This document shows, piece by piece, positions 46,791-55,082 of a stretch of DNA of 64,000 nt. Where the stretch lies: assembly GCA_947085285.1 (NCBI GenBank), contig CAMTVZ010000138.1:330-64329 (forward strand), in the 5' to 3' direction. Numbering within the stretch: the first letter of the stretch is position 1; every line of letters begins with the position of its first letter. The position numbers were made by a program, and so were the translations under genes. Origin of the DNA: an uncultured Ignavibacteriota bacterium (GTDB lineage Bacteria; Bacteroidota; Ignavibacteria; UBA10030; BY39). Below the pieces are notes generated by a model. The model made no database searches, was not told the DNA's origin, and was given only the letters and a program-made list of their open reading frames with translations.

Positions 46791-48218
46791 TTACCAACCT
46801 GCCATAATGTTTCGCACAAGTTGCTGTTGTTGAGTAATCATAGATAAAATATTTTGAATCTTATTTAGGTCGTTCCGAAAATTATTTACTTTTTTGTTAA
46901 TCTGTACTTCTGTCAATTTAATCCGGTTGTCGAGATTTTTGATTTGTGTATTAATACCATCGTTTGATTTATCGACAACGCCACCCGAACTTATAAAATT
47001 CTGCAATAAATCTTTCAACCGAACCGCAATTCCATTTGAAGAGTTAAAAAGATCAGTTACCTTATTGGGGTTATTTGTCAGAGCCTCATCTAAAGCTGAG
47101 CTATTGCTTATACTTAAAGTTCCATCTTTAGCAGCGGTTATTCCAATCTGTGATAGAGATCCGGGGTTTTCGGGGTTTAAATTAGTTACAAAACCCTCAA
47201 CAGTTGTTCTGAGTTTTAGTCGAAGATTAATAAAAACAGAATCGCCAGACAATATTTGTCGAACGCCAGTACTACCATCGACTGCAGTTTTAGCTTTAAT
47301 AAACTTTATTACACTGTTATATTCTTCTATAAATTTTTGAATTTTCAATTTTAGCTTTTCTGTGTCACGCATAACACTCAGGGTAATTGGAAGTTCGTTT
47401 TCGCTTTGAACACTTTTCAATTCAAACGTTAGCCCCGAAATTACGTCGTTTACCATATTTGAACTGCGAACTATATCAATACCATTTAATTTAAAACGTG
47501 CATCAAGTTCCGAGACTTGATTGTATAAATAGCCGCCGGCATTTCCGGAGGTTACCGTTCGTGAATTTAGTACCGACTGGCTCAATCCGATGCTACTTAA
47601 TAAACCTTCTCCCGTTTCATATAATGATATTGCATTTGTCGAACCTGTTTCTGTACTGTTCAATACTAGACGGCTCGTCGTGGATGTTACTGCAATAACC
47701 GAAGCTTTCAACTTTAAACCTAACCCATTAACAGCGGTAGAAATTTTTGTCAATACAGAATTATTGGCTTCTCCTTCAGACAAATTAACTGATATTTCTT
47801 TTTCTTGACCGTTAATTGAAACACTAAACAAGTGCGTGCCGGCGCCGGCAGTATCTACGATCGAATTACTGTCCCTTTCTATCGCTCCTGAAATTAGAGA
47901 ATCAGATTTTGCCAAACTGCTTACTGATAAACTATAACTTCCTAAAGCGTCGGCAGATGAAGCAGTAGCCGAAACTACATTAGTGTTTGAAGACGATACT
48001 TTATAGCCGATAAGATTCGTCGACGCTCCATCTACACTCATATCTTTAACCTGGTTAAAGAAGGAATTTAGCTTCATTTTCATTTCAGAAAGTACATTAA
48101 GGCGTACTTTCAATGTGGTCTTTCTATTTTCCAATGAAGTGATAGGTTTACGTAAGCTTAAGCGATACTTTTGAACTAATCCATCGATCGATGCCGACAA
48201 TGATGATACATCAGTCAT
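46791..48218 (-). CDS. fliD: Filament cap protein FliD.
   Basis: The N-terminus reads ASIDGLVQKYRLSLRKPITSLENRKTTLKVRLNVLSEMKMKLNSF. Length is 475 aa. The C-terminal helix is present. Confidence 0.85.
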   Translation of the reverse strand: MTDVSSLSASIDGLVQKYRLSLRKPITSLENRKTTLKVRLNVLSEMKMKLNSFFNQVKDMSVDGASTNLIGYKVSSSNTNVVSATASSADALGSYSLSVSSLAKSDSLISGAIERDSNSIVDTAGAGTHLFSVSINGQEKEISVNLSEGEANNSVLTKISTAVNGLGLKLKASVIAVTSTTSRLVLNSTETGSTNAISLYETGEGLLSSIGLSQSVLNSRTVTSGNAGGYLYNQVSELDARFKLNGIDIVRSSNMVNDVISGLTFELKSVQSENELPITLSVMRDTEKLKLKIQKFIEEYNSVIKFIKAKTAVDGSTGVRQILSGDSVFINLRLKLRTTVEGFVTNLNPENPGSLSQIGITAAKDGTLSISNSSALDEALTNNPNKVTDLFNSSNGIAVRLKDLLQNFISSGGVVDKSNDGINTQIKNLDNRIKLTEVQINKKVNNFRNDLNKIQNILSMITQQQQLVRNIMAGW

Positions 48219-48226
48219 AACTTATC

Positions 48227-48586
48227 TCATCTATTTAATTTAAAAGCATCAACCCAACTTGAGCGGAGTTCTTCAAAAACTAACTCAACTTCCTCGAAAT
48301 TACCTTTACGCAGGCAACGTTTGCAATAATCGTATAATTGGAAAAGTTGAACAGCAATTTCGTTATTATCGAAATTCAGCGAGCTGATAAGTTCGGTTAA
48401 TACACGTTGTGCGAGCCGGAGGTCATGTTTTTTACATGCAACTATTTCGGTGTCGTATAATTTTCTGATCACTTCAACTGGCGAAAGGTTCAGGAGTTGT
48501 TCCTTTTGATAGGTTTTAACTGCCGCTGCAACAATTCCATTTTTCACATTTGATTCGGTGTTATTTATAGTTTCCTGACGATACAT
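48227..48586 (-). CDS. fliS: Flagellin chaperone FliS.
   Basis: YQKEQLL...ELISSLNFD...LFQLYDYCKRCL...SSWVDAF aligns with the FliS family. Confidence 0.8.
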   Translation of the reverse strand: MYRQETINNTESNVKNGIVAAAVKTYQKEQLLNLSPVEVIRKLYDTEIVACKKHDLRLAQRVLTELISSLNFDNNEIAVQLFQLYDYCKRCLRKGNFEEVELVFEELRSSWVDAFKLNR

Positions 48587-48629
48587 TTTATCATTTTATT
48601 AAAGTTAGTTATTGAGTTTAATAAAGAAG

Positions 48630-48671
48630 AAACCCGTCCGATAAAAATCAAATCGGACAGGTTTCTTTTTA
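48630..48671 (-). terminator. Hairpin terminator or attenuator between flagellin and fliS.
   Basis: A 13-bp stem (AAACCCGTCCGAT/ATCGGACAGGTTT, one mismatch) is flanked by T-rich sequence on both strands. It starts 8 nt after the flagellin stop. Confidence 0.5.
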
Positions 48672-48678
48672 CGCATGA

Positions 48679-49503
48679 TTAACGGAACAATGATAAGAAT
48701 ACTTGTGGTGAACTGTTTGCTTGAGCTAATTGAGCTGTAGCAGTCTGTTGTAAGAACTGTAATTTTACTGCAGCGATTTGCTCTTTTGCAACGTCGGCAT
48801 CAAGTATACGGCTTTTTGCAGCTTCCGTATTGGTGATCGCGGTTGTCAGGTTTGTTTCTTTTATCGACAAACGATTAACTGCGGCACCGATTTTTCCGAT
48901 TTCCGCATTAACAGTTTGCAATGCTGTATCAACTGTTAAACCTGCAACGTTAGACCTAGTAATTGAACCACCGGCGGTACCCAACAAAGCAGATGAACCT
49001 ACAGAAGCACCGAAGGCAACTGTGAATATTTCGGTTGAAGCTTCGCCAACCTGGAAATCTACGGAATAACTTCCGTTTAAGAGAGTTGTACCGTTGAATT
49101 TGGTTTGCGCCACGATATCGTCAATTTCTGTTGCTAATTGGTCGATTTCTGAAGCTATTGCGTCTTGCTCGTCGTTGCCCATAGCACCATTGTTAAAGCG
49201 GGCTTGTTTTTCTTTTATTTGAACGAGAATATCGGCAATTGTTTGATAACCACCTTCGGCGACACCATAAACGCTCTGTGCATCTCCAACGTTATCCAAA
49301 GCCATGCTCATAGCACGAACGCGGCCCTCCATTTTCTTGGAAATGACATAACCCGACGCATCGTCGGCTGCTGTGTTGATTCGCTTACCGCTGGCAAGTC
49401 GAAGTTGATGAATTCCCATCTCACGATTTACAGTGTTTAAAGCATTGAGTGCGTTAAATGCAGAGATGTTAGTATTGATTCTTGAACCTGATGAAAATGA
49501 CAT
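48679..49503 (-). CDS. fliC: Flagellin. It is short (274 aa, mainly the D0/D1 domains).
   Basis: The N-terminus reads RINTNISAFNALNALN...LASGKRINTAADDASGYVISKKM. The C-terminus reads AQANSSPQVFLSLFR. A sigma-28 promoter lies upstream. Confidence 0.9.
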   Translation of the reverse strand: MSFSSGSRINTNISAFNALNALNTVNREMGIHQLRLASGKRINTAADDASGYVISKKMEGRVRAMSMALDNVGDAQSVYGVAEGGYQTIADILVQIKEKQARFNNGAMGNDEQDAIASEIDQLATEIDDIVAQTKFNGTTLLNGSYSVDFQVGEASTEIFTVAFGASVGSSALLGTAGGSITRSNVAGLTVDTALQTVNAEIGKIGAAVNRLSIKETNLTTAITNTEAAKSRILDADVAKEQIAAVKLQFLQQTATAQLAQANSSPQVFLSLFR

Positions 49504-49509
49504 AAATAA

Positions 49510-49552
49510 CCTCCATGTTATTTGTTATTGTTAGTTTTGGGCATCCATGCCC
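49510..49552 (-). promoter_or_regulatory. Flagellin 5' leader with two GGA motifs, one in a hairpin loop and one over the Shine-Dalgarno. These are candidate CsrA binding sites.
   Basis: The leader reads GGGCATGGATGCCC (stem GGGCA/TGCCC, loop TGGA) and CATGGAGG, which overlaps the RBS GGAGG 6 nt before the ATG. csrA and fliW are present in the locus. Confidence 0.45.
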
Positions 49553-49602
49553 GTTGTTTAGTTGTTTATTATTTAAAGGAGCTACTTAACTCCTCTACTT
49601 AT

Positions 49603-49629
49603 ATTATCGGCAGGATTTTAAAAATCTTT
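49603..49629 (-). promoter_or_regulatory. Sigma-28 (FliA) promoter of the flagellin gene: TAAA-N15-GCCGATAA.
   Basis: The minus strand reads TAAAGATTTTTAAAATCCTGCCGATAA. This is a perfect consensus with a 15-nt spacer, about 100 nt upstream of the flagellin ATG. fliA is encoded in the window. Confidence 0.75.
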
Positions 49630-49643
49630 AGGGGGGATATGAA
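49630..49643 (-). promoter_or_regulatory. G-tract motif copy 1 (plus strand GGGGGGATATGAAT), abutting the -35 of the flagellin sigma-28 promoter.
   Basis: One of four intergenic copies of GGGGG(G)AWAWWGAA in this AT-rich window. Confidence 0.4.
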
Positions 49644-49646
49644 TAA

Positions 49647-49676
49647 AATAAAAAAGCCCCAACATTAAGATGGGGC
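49647..49676 (-). terminator. Rho-independent terminator of the lipoprotein transcript.
   Basis: The stem AGCCCCA/TGGGGCT (7 bp, 9-nt loop) is followed on the minus strand by TTTTTTATTTTATT. It ends just before the sigma-28 promoter. Confidence 0.6.
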
Positions 49677-49904
49677 TTTGTAATAATGCCCGCTCGCTTT
49701 CAGACTTCGGGCGGGGAGTATTACTATTTGATTAATAACATCCGTTTTGCTTGAACAAAGCGGTCGTTGGAATATTGTCAGTTCATCACAGAAAACTGAT
49801 AAATGTAAATTCCGCTCGCTACTTTAGAGTCTGATGCGTTAGTACCATTCCACTCAACCGAACGATTTCCCCGGAAGCATTTGCGATGTATTTCCGAATT
49901 CAAC

Positions 49905-51188
49905 TTACGGTTTAGTGGTAAAAGTAAATGTTTGTGAATATGTATAACCCAAATCGGAGGTCATCTCACGCATCCACTTAATGAACGTATTCGATGCAGC
50001 ATAATCAGTAGAAGGAATTGGTAAATACCGGTAAACCGACCAAGAATAAAGTGTATTTACGGGTAACCCCAATCCGTGTACTGAAAAATCGGGTATCTTT
50101 AAGTTTGAAGCTCTTGTGAAGATATAATATCTTGGGCTGTTAGCAACTGAAGAATACATTTGAACAATATTTACACCTTCGCCTGTACCTTGACTCCACG
50201 TAAATTCAGAATTATAATCTATATTGGAAGAACTATGAGGAGGTAACGCTAAACGTGGTGCGGACTCGAGCGTAACATTTACATTTGTTGACCCGGCGCT
50301 TATTCCTAATTTTGTGAAAGAAGTACCTATGGTGTTAGGTGTGCTGCTCATCGAAGCATCTGCCCGAATTCCGAATTGAACACCCGATATATTGGGAACA
50401 GCAAAATTAAAATTATTCGAAACGATTGGGGCATACTCGCTCCGCAAACCAATCTTGGCATTTTCGAATATAATAAAAAGGAAGCGTGAAGAAATCGAAT
50501 AACCTGCAGGAATATTTACAACACCAGTAATCGTTACATCGGGTGGGTCAACCACTTCAGTCGTTGAGAAATTTTGATTGCTATAACTTGCACCGTTTTG
50601 AACTGTAAGCGATTTTGAGGCATATCCGTCGAAGGTGGTTGGGTTACCCGTAATGTCAGTAGAAAACCTCAATAAGATTAATTTACCAATTAAAGTATTG
50701 GATGTATCAAACCAGCGGGCATTCAAAGTGTAAGCACCAGTTGTCGGGTCAGCTGTTGCTAAAGAATAGTTAGCGCCACTTACAAAGTAAATCCTGGTTG
50801 TTCTGCCCGATGCAGCAGGGGCTGTGCCAGTGATGGTTGCACTTTTCGATATAGACGGGAAAGAGAGATAGAGGAGTTTGGGGTCGGGACGATTCAAACC
50901 CTGATATATCATAGCAACTTTCCCCGTACTTACTACCACCGATATATCATACGGAACAGTTACGTTCGGTATTGAGAAAGTTCCGGCGGCGCTAGTAGTT
51001 ACAGCAGACTTACCGGGAATGATTACAGCAGCTCCGCTCACTGGTGATCCAAAGTAATCTTTTACAAAACCACTTACCGTGATCGGTCCAAGGGCTCCTT
51101 CTTCTTTTTCGCATCCAAAAAACATAAAACCAAGCAACAATGTTGCAATAAAAATAATAAATATATTTTTCATAATTATACTCCACAT
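49905..51188 (-). CDS. Secreted lipoprotein with carboxypeptidase-regulatory-like beta domains. Function unknown.
   Basis: A signal peptide with lipobox (LLLGFMFFGC) is present. The segment ITVSGFVKDYFGSPVSGAAVIIPG resembles a carboxypeptidase-regulatory-like beta domain. Confidence 0.6.
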   Translation of the reverse strand: MWSIIMKNIFIIFIATLLLGFMFFGCEKEEGALGPITVSGFVKDYFGSPVSGAAVIIPGKSAVTTSAAGTFSIPNVTVPYDISVVVSTGKVAMIYQGLNRPDPKLLYLSFPSISKSATITGTAPAASGRTTRIYFVSGANYSLATADPTTGAYTLNARWFDTSNTLIGKLILLRFSTDITGNPTTFDGYASKSLTVQNGASYSNQNFSTTEVVDPPDVTITGVVNIPAGYSISSRFLFIIFENAKIGLRSEYAPIVSNNFNFAVPNISGVQFGIRADASMSSTPNTIGTSFTKLGISAGSTNVNVTLESAPRLALPPHSSSNIDYNSEFTWSQGTGEGVNIVQMYSSVANSPRYYIFTRASNLKIPDFSVHGLGLPVNTLYSWSVYRYLPIPSTDYAASNTFIKWMREMTSDLGYTYSQTFTFTTKP

Positions 51189-51259
51189 AAAAATTTTTTA
51201 AATTGCTAATTAATTTCTGTTGGCATTTTATTGTGCCTTTCAAACTAAACCAGGATATT

Positions 51260-51829
51260 TTAATCTGGATAAACTATTGGAGGTGGTTGTTTCTTCTCCT
51301 CTTTTTTAGTGAGAAGAAGTACTGCAACCACAGCCCCAACCACTGCAACACCGGCACCTACTATAACCCAGGTGTTCTCATACCACGCAGTATCTTTTTT
51401 TTGTTCATCGGCAGCTTGTGGTTCTTCTGGCTGTTGACTTCGTATTTTTTCTACTAAAGCTACATAAGTCGGTGTGTCTTTATCAGGGTTAGGTGTATAG
51501 GTGGGAACTAACTCTAATAGCTTTCTTATTGCATTTTCAGCCTGTTCCTGATAGTCTTTTCCAAGATATACTTTTGCAAGCAATTCGTGAGCACGTGCTC
51601 GTTCTTGCTTGGTTATGCTGCTCTCTTTCAAACAATTGTTCAGAATTGTTATCGCATCATCAAATAGTCCCTCGTAAAACTTTTGCTCAGCTTGCTTTAT
51701 TTTCTCATCACAACTACTCTGCGTTTGTGCCATTATCGGAGTGAGAGTCGGTAGCACAAAAGCAAATATAATAACTCCGATTATTCCAGCAGTAACTTTT
51801 CGATACCTGTACAACAACTTACCAATCAT
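51260..51829 (-). CDS. TPR-like membrane protein.
   Basis: An N-terminal TM segment and a C-terminal TM segment (WVIVGAGVAVVGAVVAVLLL) flank TPR-like helices (ELLAKVYLGKDYQEQAENAIRKLLELVP). Confidence 0.55.
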   Translation of the reverse strand: MIGKLLYRYRKVTAGIIGVIIFAFVLPTLTPIMAQTQSSCDEKIKQAEQKFYEGLFDDAITILNNCLKESSITKQERARAHELLAKVYLGKDYQEQAENAIRKLLELVPTYTPNPDKDTPTYVALVEKIRSQQPEEPQAADEQKKDTAWYENTWVIVGAGVAVVGAVVAVLLLTKKEEKKQPPPIVYPD

Positions 51830-51860
51830 ACATCCTCCAATTTAATTTTAGTATTTTACT

Positions 51861-54374
51861 TTACTTTTTCTTTAGTGAAAATTTTAAGGGTTGATCTAAA
51901 TCTTTTTCAAAATTTATATTCTTTACACCATCAACGAGTGTGTAACCATCCAAGCGAACTTCAATTTTGTGCAAACCACTCCTCACTTTAATTTGAGCCG
52001 GTGTTTGTTTGCCCTCGGATTTATCGTCCACAAATATTTCTGCACGTAGCGGGCTTCCTGCATCATCGAAAGCAGTAATTGTTAAGGCACACATTTTATC
52101 AAAGTCGGCTAATATTTCGAGTGATTCTTCGGCTTTAATATTTATTGATTTTTCCCAAGTTCCGTATTTTGGGTGGGTAATTTTTATTTTACGTGTTCCG
52201 GAAGGAACATCTACATTAACCGGAACATCTGTATCTGATTTTTTTAACTGGTCGTCTACGTAAATCGAACCGTAAGGTTTGGCACGGAGTTTCAACTTAC
52301 CTATCATCGGTACTAAATTCTTACTGATAGTATATGTTTGCTTTTGTAATATGTTGAGAGTTGTGTCGAAATCCTTAAATCCATCCTTTTGCATTTTAAA
52401 TCTATGTCTGCCCGATGCAACCTTTTGGTTCATAAGCGGTGTAACACCAATCTCTTTTCCATCCATAATTATGGGAACACCCACTGGCTGCGAAGTTATA
52501 TTAATAAATCCGGCTGGAGATAATTTGACATCGATGGTTACCGGTTTATTGCCGATTATTCGAACAACCTGTTCGTAATCTTCAAAGTCGGGTCCAGCAA
52601 TGATTTTAATTTTGTGATAACCAGGCTGAATGAGACTATCTCTGTATGGGGTTTGCCCAATTTCCATTTCACCAATAAATACTTTAGCCCCCGGCGGCTC
52701 CGAATTGATTATCAATCTTTCAACCATAGCAGCTGCGCCAGTAGGTGCAAGATTATATCGGAGGTTTTTATTTTCTCCCTGCTTTAAATCAATCTCTTCT
52801 GTTTTTTCTCCATAAATTGGATGGATTACAAGAATGCGATGTTTACCTATTGAACGTTCGATGCTCGCAAGTTGAAAAGGTGGAATTGTATCTTTATCAA
52901 TAACCACGATAGCATCTGGAGGCATTACTGAAATAGACAATATCCCTGATGGTATTAAATTAAAATTTAATTGATAGTGCTGCCCATTGGTGGTAACGAT
53001 AGAAGTTTCGGCTGCGAAGAAATCTTTCTTGTGAACTTTTATTAATAATTTACCCACATCAACGGTGAATTCTTCTAAGGGGGTGTTTTTTCCAGTTGGT
53101 GCGTCGTTTACTGTAACTACGGCTCCGGGGGGTTGGGTGAAAATTGAAATTGTAGTTTTATCGGGTGAAAAAACAAAATACCACAGACCGATTAATAAGG
53201 CTGCAATTCCGAATACTGCAACCCTAATAAACTTTTTAGGGCTTGATAAGAGGGATTCGATTTTTTTACCAAACCAAAAAATAATTGCAGTTGCTAATCC
53301 GGTAAGCAACGAACTTGCAACTTTTTCTTTAGTCTGCTTGGACATTTGGATCCCAACTCCTCGTTTAGGGGCTGACCTTGCAACTGTTTCTTGCCCTGAT
53401 GCTTTTACTCTTATTGTTGTACGTTTTTTTAGAATTTGTGGAATAACAACATTCCATCGAACATCTTTAACATTCGATTTAAAAGTAAGGATTGAAATAA
53501 TTGATTTTAAAAAGTTCTCAATTGAAGAGGGACGTTTGTGAGGGTCAGTCATCAGAGCATTTTCGAGGACTGAGGAAATTCCTGACCACGGCTCGCCTTC
53601 GTTGCGGAAGGAGAGGTCGTATCCTTCTAATAATCTGAATGTTAATGCAGCAATCGAGTAAATATCGGATTGTTCGTTAACCGAATCGCCGCGTTTGTCC
53701 TCGGGCGAATAGTAGCCTTGCTTGATTTGTATGGCTTCGTCGGAAGGTAGATTTTTAAACGGCACTCCAATGTTGGCAAGAGTAACTAATAAATTTCCCT
53801 CATCGTCTAAACTTAGTATGATGTTGCCGGGGGCTAAATCTCTGATCCAAATTCTTTGACTATGAGCGGCTGAAACTGCCTTTGCAACTTGGTTAATTAT
53901 TTTGATTGTGTCGTTGGGCGAGAGGCGGTTTTGTTTATCGAGCACTTCGGCTAATGAAACACCTTGTATTAAATCGGTAACAATATACGGGCGGGGCTCA
54001 TCGTCAACATATGTGGTACCGAAACGAATATTTTGAAGAAATAGATGTCCGGGAAAACGTTCTGACAGGTATTTTAACATTTCAGCTTTAAACTGAAATT
54101 GTTGTGAAACGTTCTCGTTGTAAATTAGCTTTTTGTGTAATACACGGATTGCTACTAATTTATTTTTTTCGGTATCGAATGCCTCGTATGTAGTGTTAAA
54201 ATCGCCCCTGACGAAAAACGAACGCAATTCGTAATTTCCGAAGTATCGCCGAGTTAAAAGATTGAATTCGTCGGTAGAAAGTTTAACCGTAACTTTTCGA
54301 CGTTTATAAAAAATTATTCCTGCCACTAAAACGATTAAAATTCCGAATATTAATATAACTATCCAGATATCCAA
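51861..54374 (-). CDS. Transmembrane Ser/Thr-kinase-like protein with four or five C-terminal PEGA repeats. It is probably a pseudokinase.
   Basis: The N-terminal TM segment precedes a kinase fold in which the catalytic motifs are altered: VAIK reads VAIRVL, HRDLKPxN reads IRDLAPGN, DFG reads NIG. PEGA-like repeats include PPGAVVTVNDAPTG, PPGAKVFIGEMEIGQTPY and SQPVGVPIIMDGKEIGVTPL. Confidence 0.75.
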   Translation of the reverse strand: MDIWIVILIFGILIVLVAGIIFYKRRKVTVKLSTDEFNLLTRRYFGNYELRSFFVRGDFNTTYEAFDTEKNKLVAIRVLHKKLIYNENVSQQFQFKAEMLKYLSERFPGHLFLQNIRFGTTYVDDEPRPYIVTDLIQGVSLAEVLDKQNRLSPNDTIKIINQVAKAVSAAHSQRIWIRDLAPGNIILSLDDEGNLLVTLANIGVPFKNLPSDEAIQIKQGYYSPEDKRGDSVNEQSDIYSIAALTFRLLEGYDLSFRNEGEPWSGISSVLENALMTDPHKRPSSIENFLKSIISILTFKSNVKDVRWNVVIPQILKKRTTIRVKASGQETVARSAPKRGVGIQMSKQTKEKVASSLLTGLATAIIFWFGKKIESLLSSPKKFIRVAVFGIAALLIGLWYFVFSPDKTTISIFTQPPGAVVTVNDAPTGKNTPLEEFTVDVGKLLIKVHKKDFFAAETSIVTTNGQHYQLNFNLIPSGILSISVMPPDAIVVIDKDTIPPFQLASIERSIGKHRILVIHPIYGEKTEEIDLKQGENKNLRYNLAPTGAAAMVERLIINSEPPGAKVFIGEMEIGQTPYRDSLIQPGYHKIKIIAGPDFEDYEQVVRIIGNKPVTIDVKLSPAGFINITSQPVGVPIIMDGKEIGVTPLMNQKVASGRHRFKMQKDGFKDFDTTLNILQKQTYTISKNLVPMIGKLKLRAKPYGSIYVDDQLKKSDTDVPVNVDVPSGTRKIKITHPKYGTWEKSINIKAEESLEILADFDKMCALTITAFDDAGSPLRAEIFVDDKSEGKQTPAQIKVRSGLHKIEVRLDGYTLVDGVKNINFEKDLDQPLKFSLKKK

Positions 54375-54449
54375 GATTTAAATTCTTTCTAATATTTTTT
54401 GAAAAGTTACATTGTAATTTAACATTTTTTAAGGTATTGTCAAATAAAA

Positions 54450-54884
54450 TTAGTACGACTTAGGACTCGATGATAAAGGTTCGATACAGGGTAAATTATC
54501 AACGATCCCCTCGAGGCTATGACTTTGCTGTCTTGCAACACAGTTATCGTAGTCGAACCATTCTAACCGAGAGCGGATTTCAGGATCTTTACCAGCTTCA
54601 ATCGCTTCTTCTATATCTTCCTTCAATTCTCTTACAAGGCGGCGGAAGTCTTCAAAATGCCGTCTTTCGTGGGCTACCACTTCTGCGGCTTCAGTATTGT
54701 TAAGCTCCTCACTGATTAAAATTCGTGTCAAAAATGAAACTGTCAGGATCTCATCCTGCAAACTAGCTTCCCACGTATAATCGAAACAACCTCTATCTTC
54801 ATCAGGCATTATGCTTTGAATCTCGCTTATGCTCACCTTTTCGGGTGAGGGGGCTGTTGTGTGTCCGCTAAAATGTACTTGCAT
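54450..54884 (-). CDS. Hypothetical acidic protein with an HExxH motif, possibly zincin-like (DUF4157-like).
   Basis: The sequence reads VVAHERRHFEDF. It lies downstream of the contractile-system genes. The family call is an inference only. Confidence 0.4.
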   Translation of the reverse strand: MQVHFSGHTTAPSPEKVSISEIQSIMPDEDRGCFDYTWEASLQDEILTVSFLTRILISEELNNTEAAEVVAHERRHFEDFRRLVRELKEDIEEAIEAGKDPEIRSRLEWFDYDNCVARQQSHSLEGIVDNLPCIEPLSSSPKSY

Positions 54885-55082
54885 GAATATAAGTTCTCAA
54901 TTTATTTTATAACAGGTCGACTTTCTTTTAGCGTATGTAGAATCGGCTGCGGTGTAAGCCATTCTTTAACTGGGAATTCTCCTTTGTCCTCGATGTTGAA
55001 TAACATTGATTATTGATGAGAATAGAACTGCACAAAATTTGCAAAAAGAAAATCGAGAATTTAAAAATATTTATTTTATGTT

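Noticed and set aside
48587-48678. Sigma-28 promoter for the fliS-fliD-flaG-flgM operon.
   Set aside because: Only TAAA-N10-TCCGATTT is present. This has the wrong spacing and a poor -10. I kept the hairpin there as a terminator or attenuator instead.
49690-49720. Second GC hairpin (cccgc...gcggg) downstream of the lipoprotein gene as an alternative terminator.
   Set aside because: It has only a 5-bp stem with a long loop and no U-tract. The AGCCCCA/TGGGGCT hairpin with a T-run is the better terminator.
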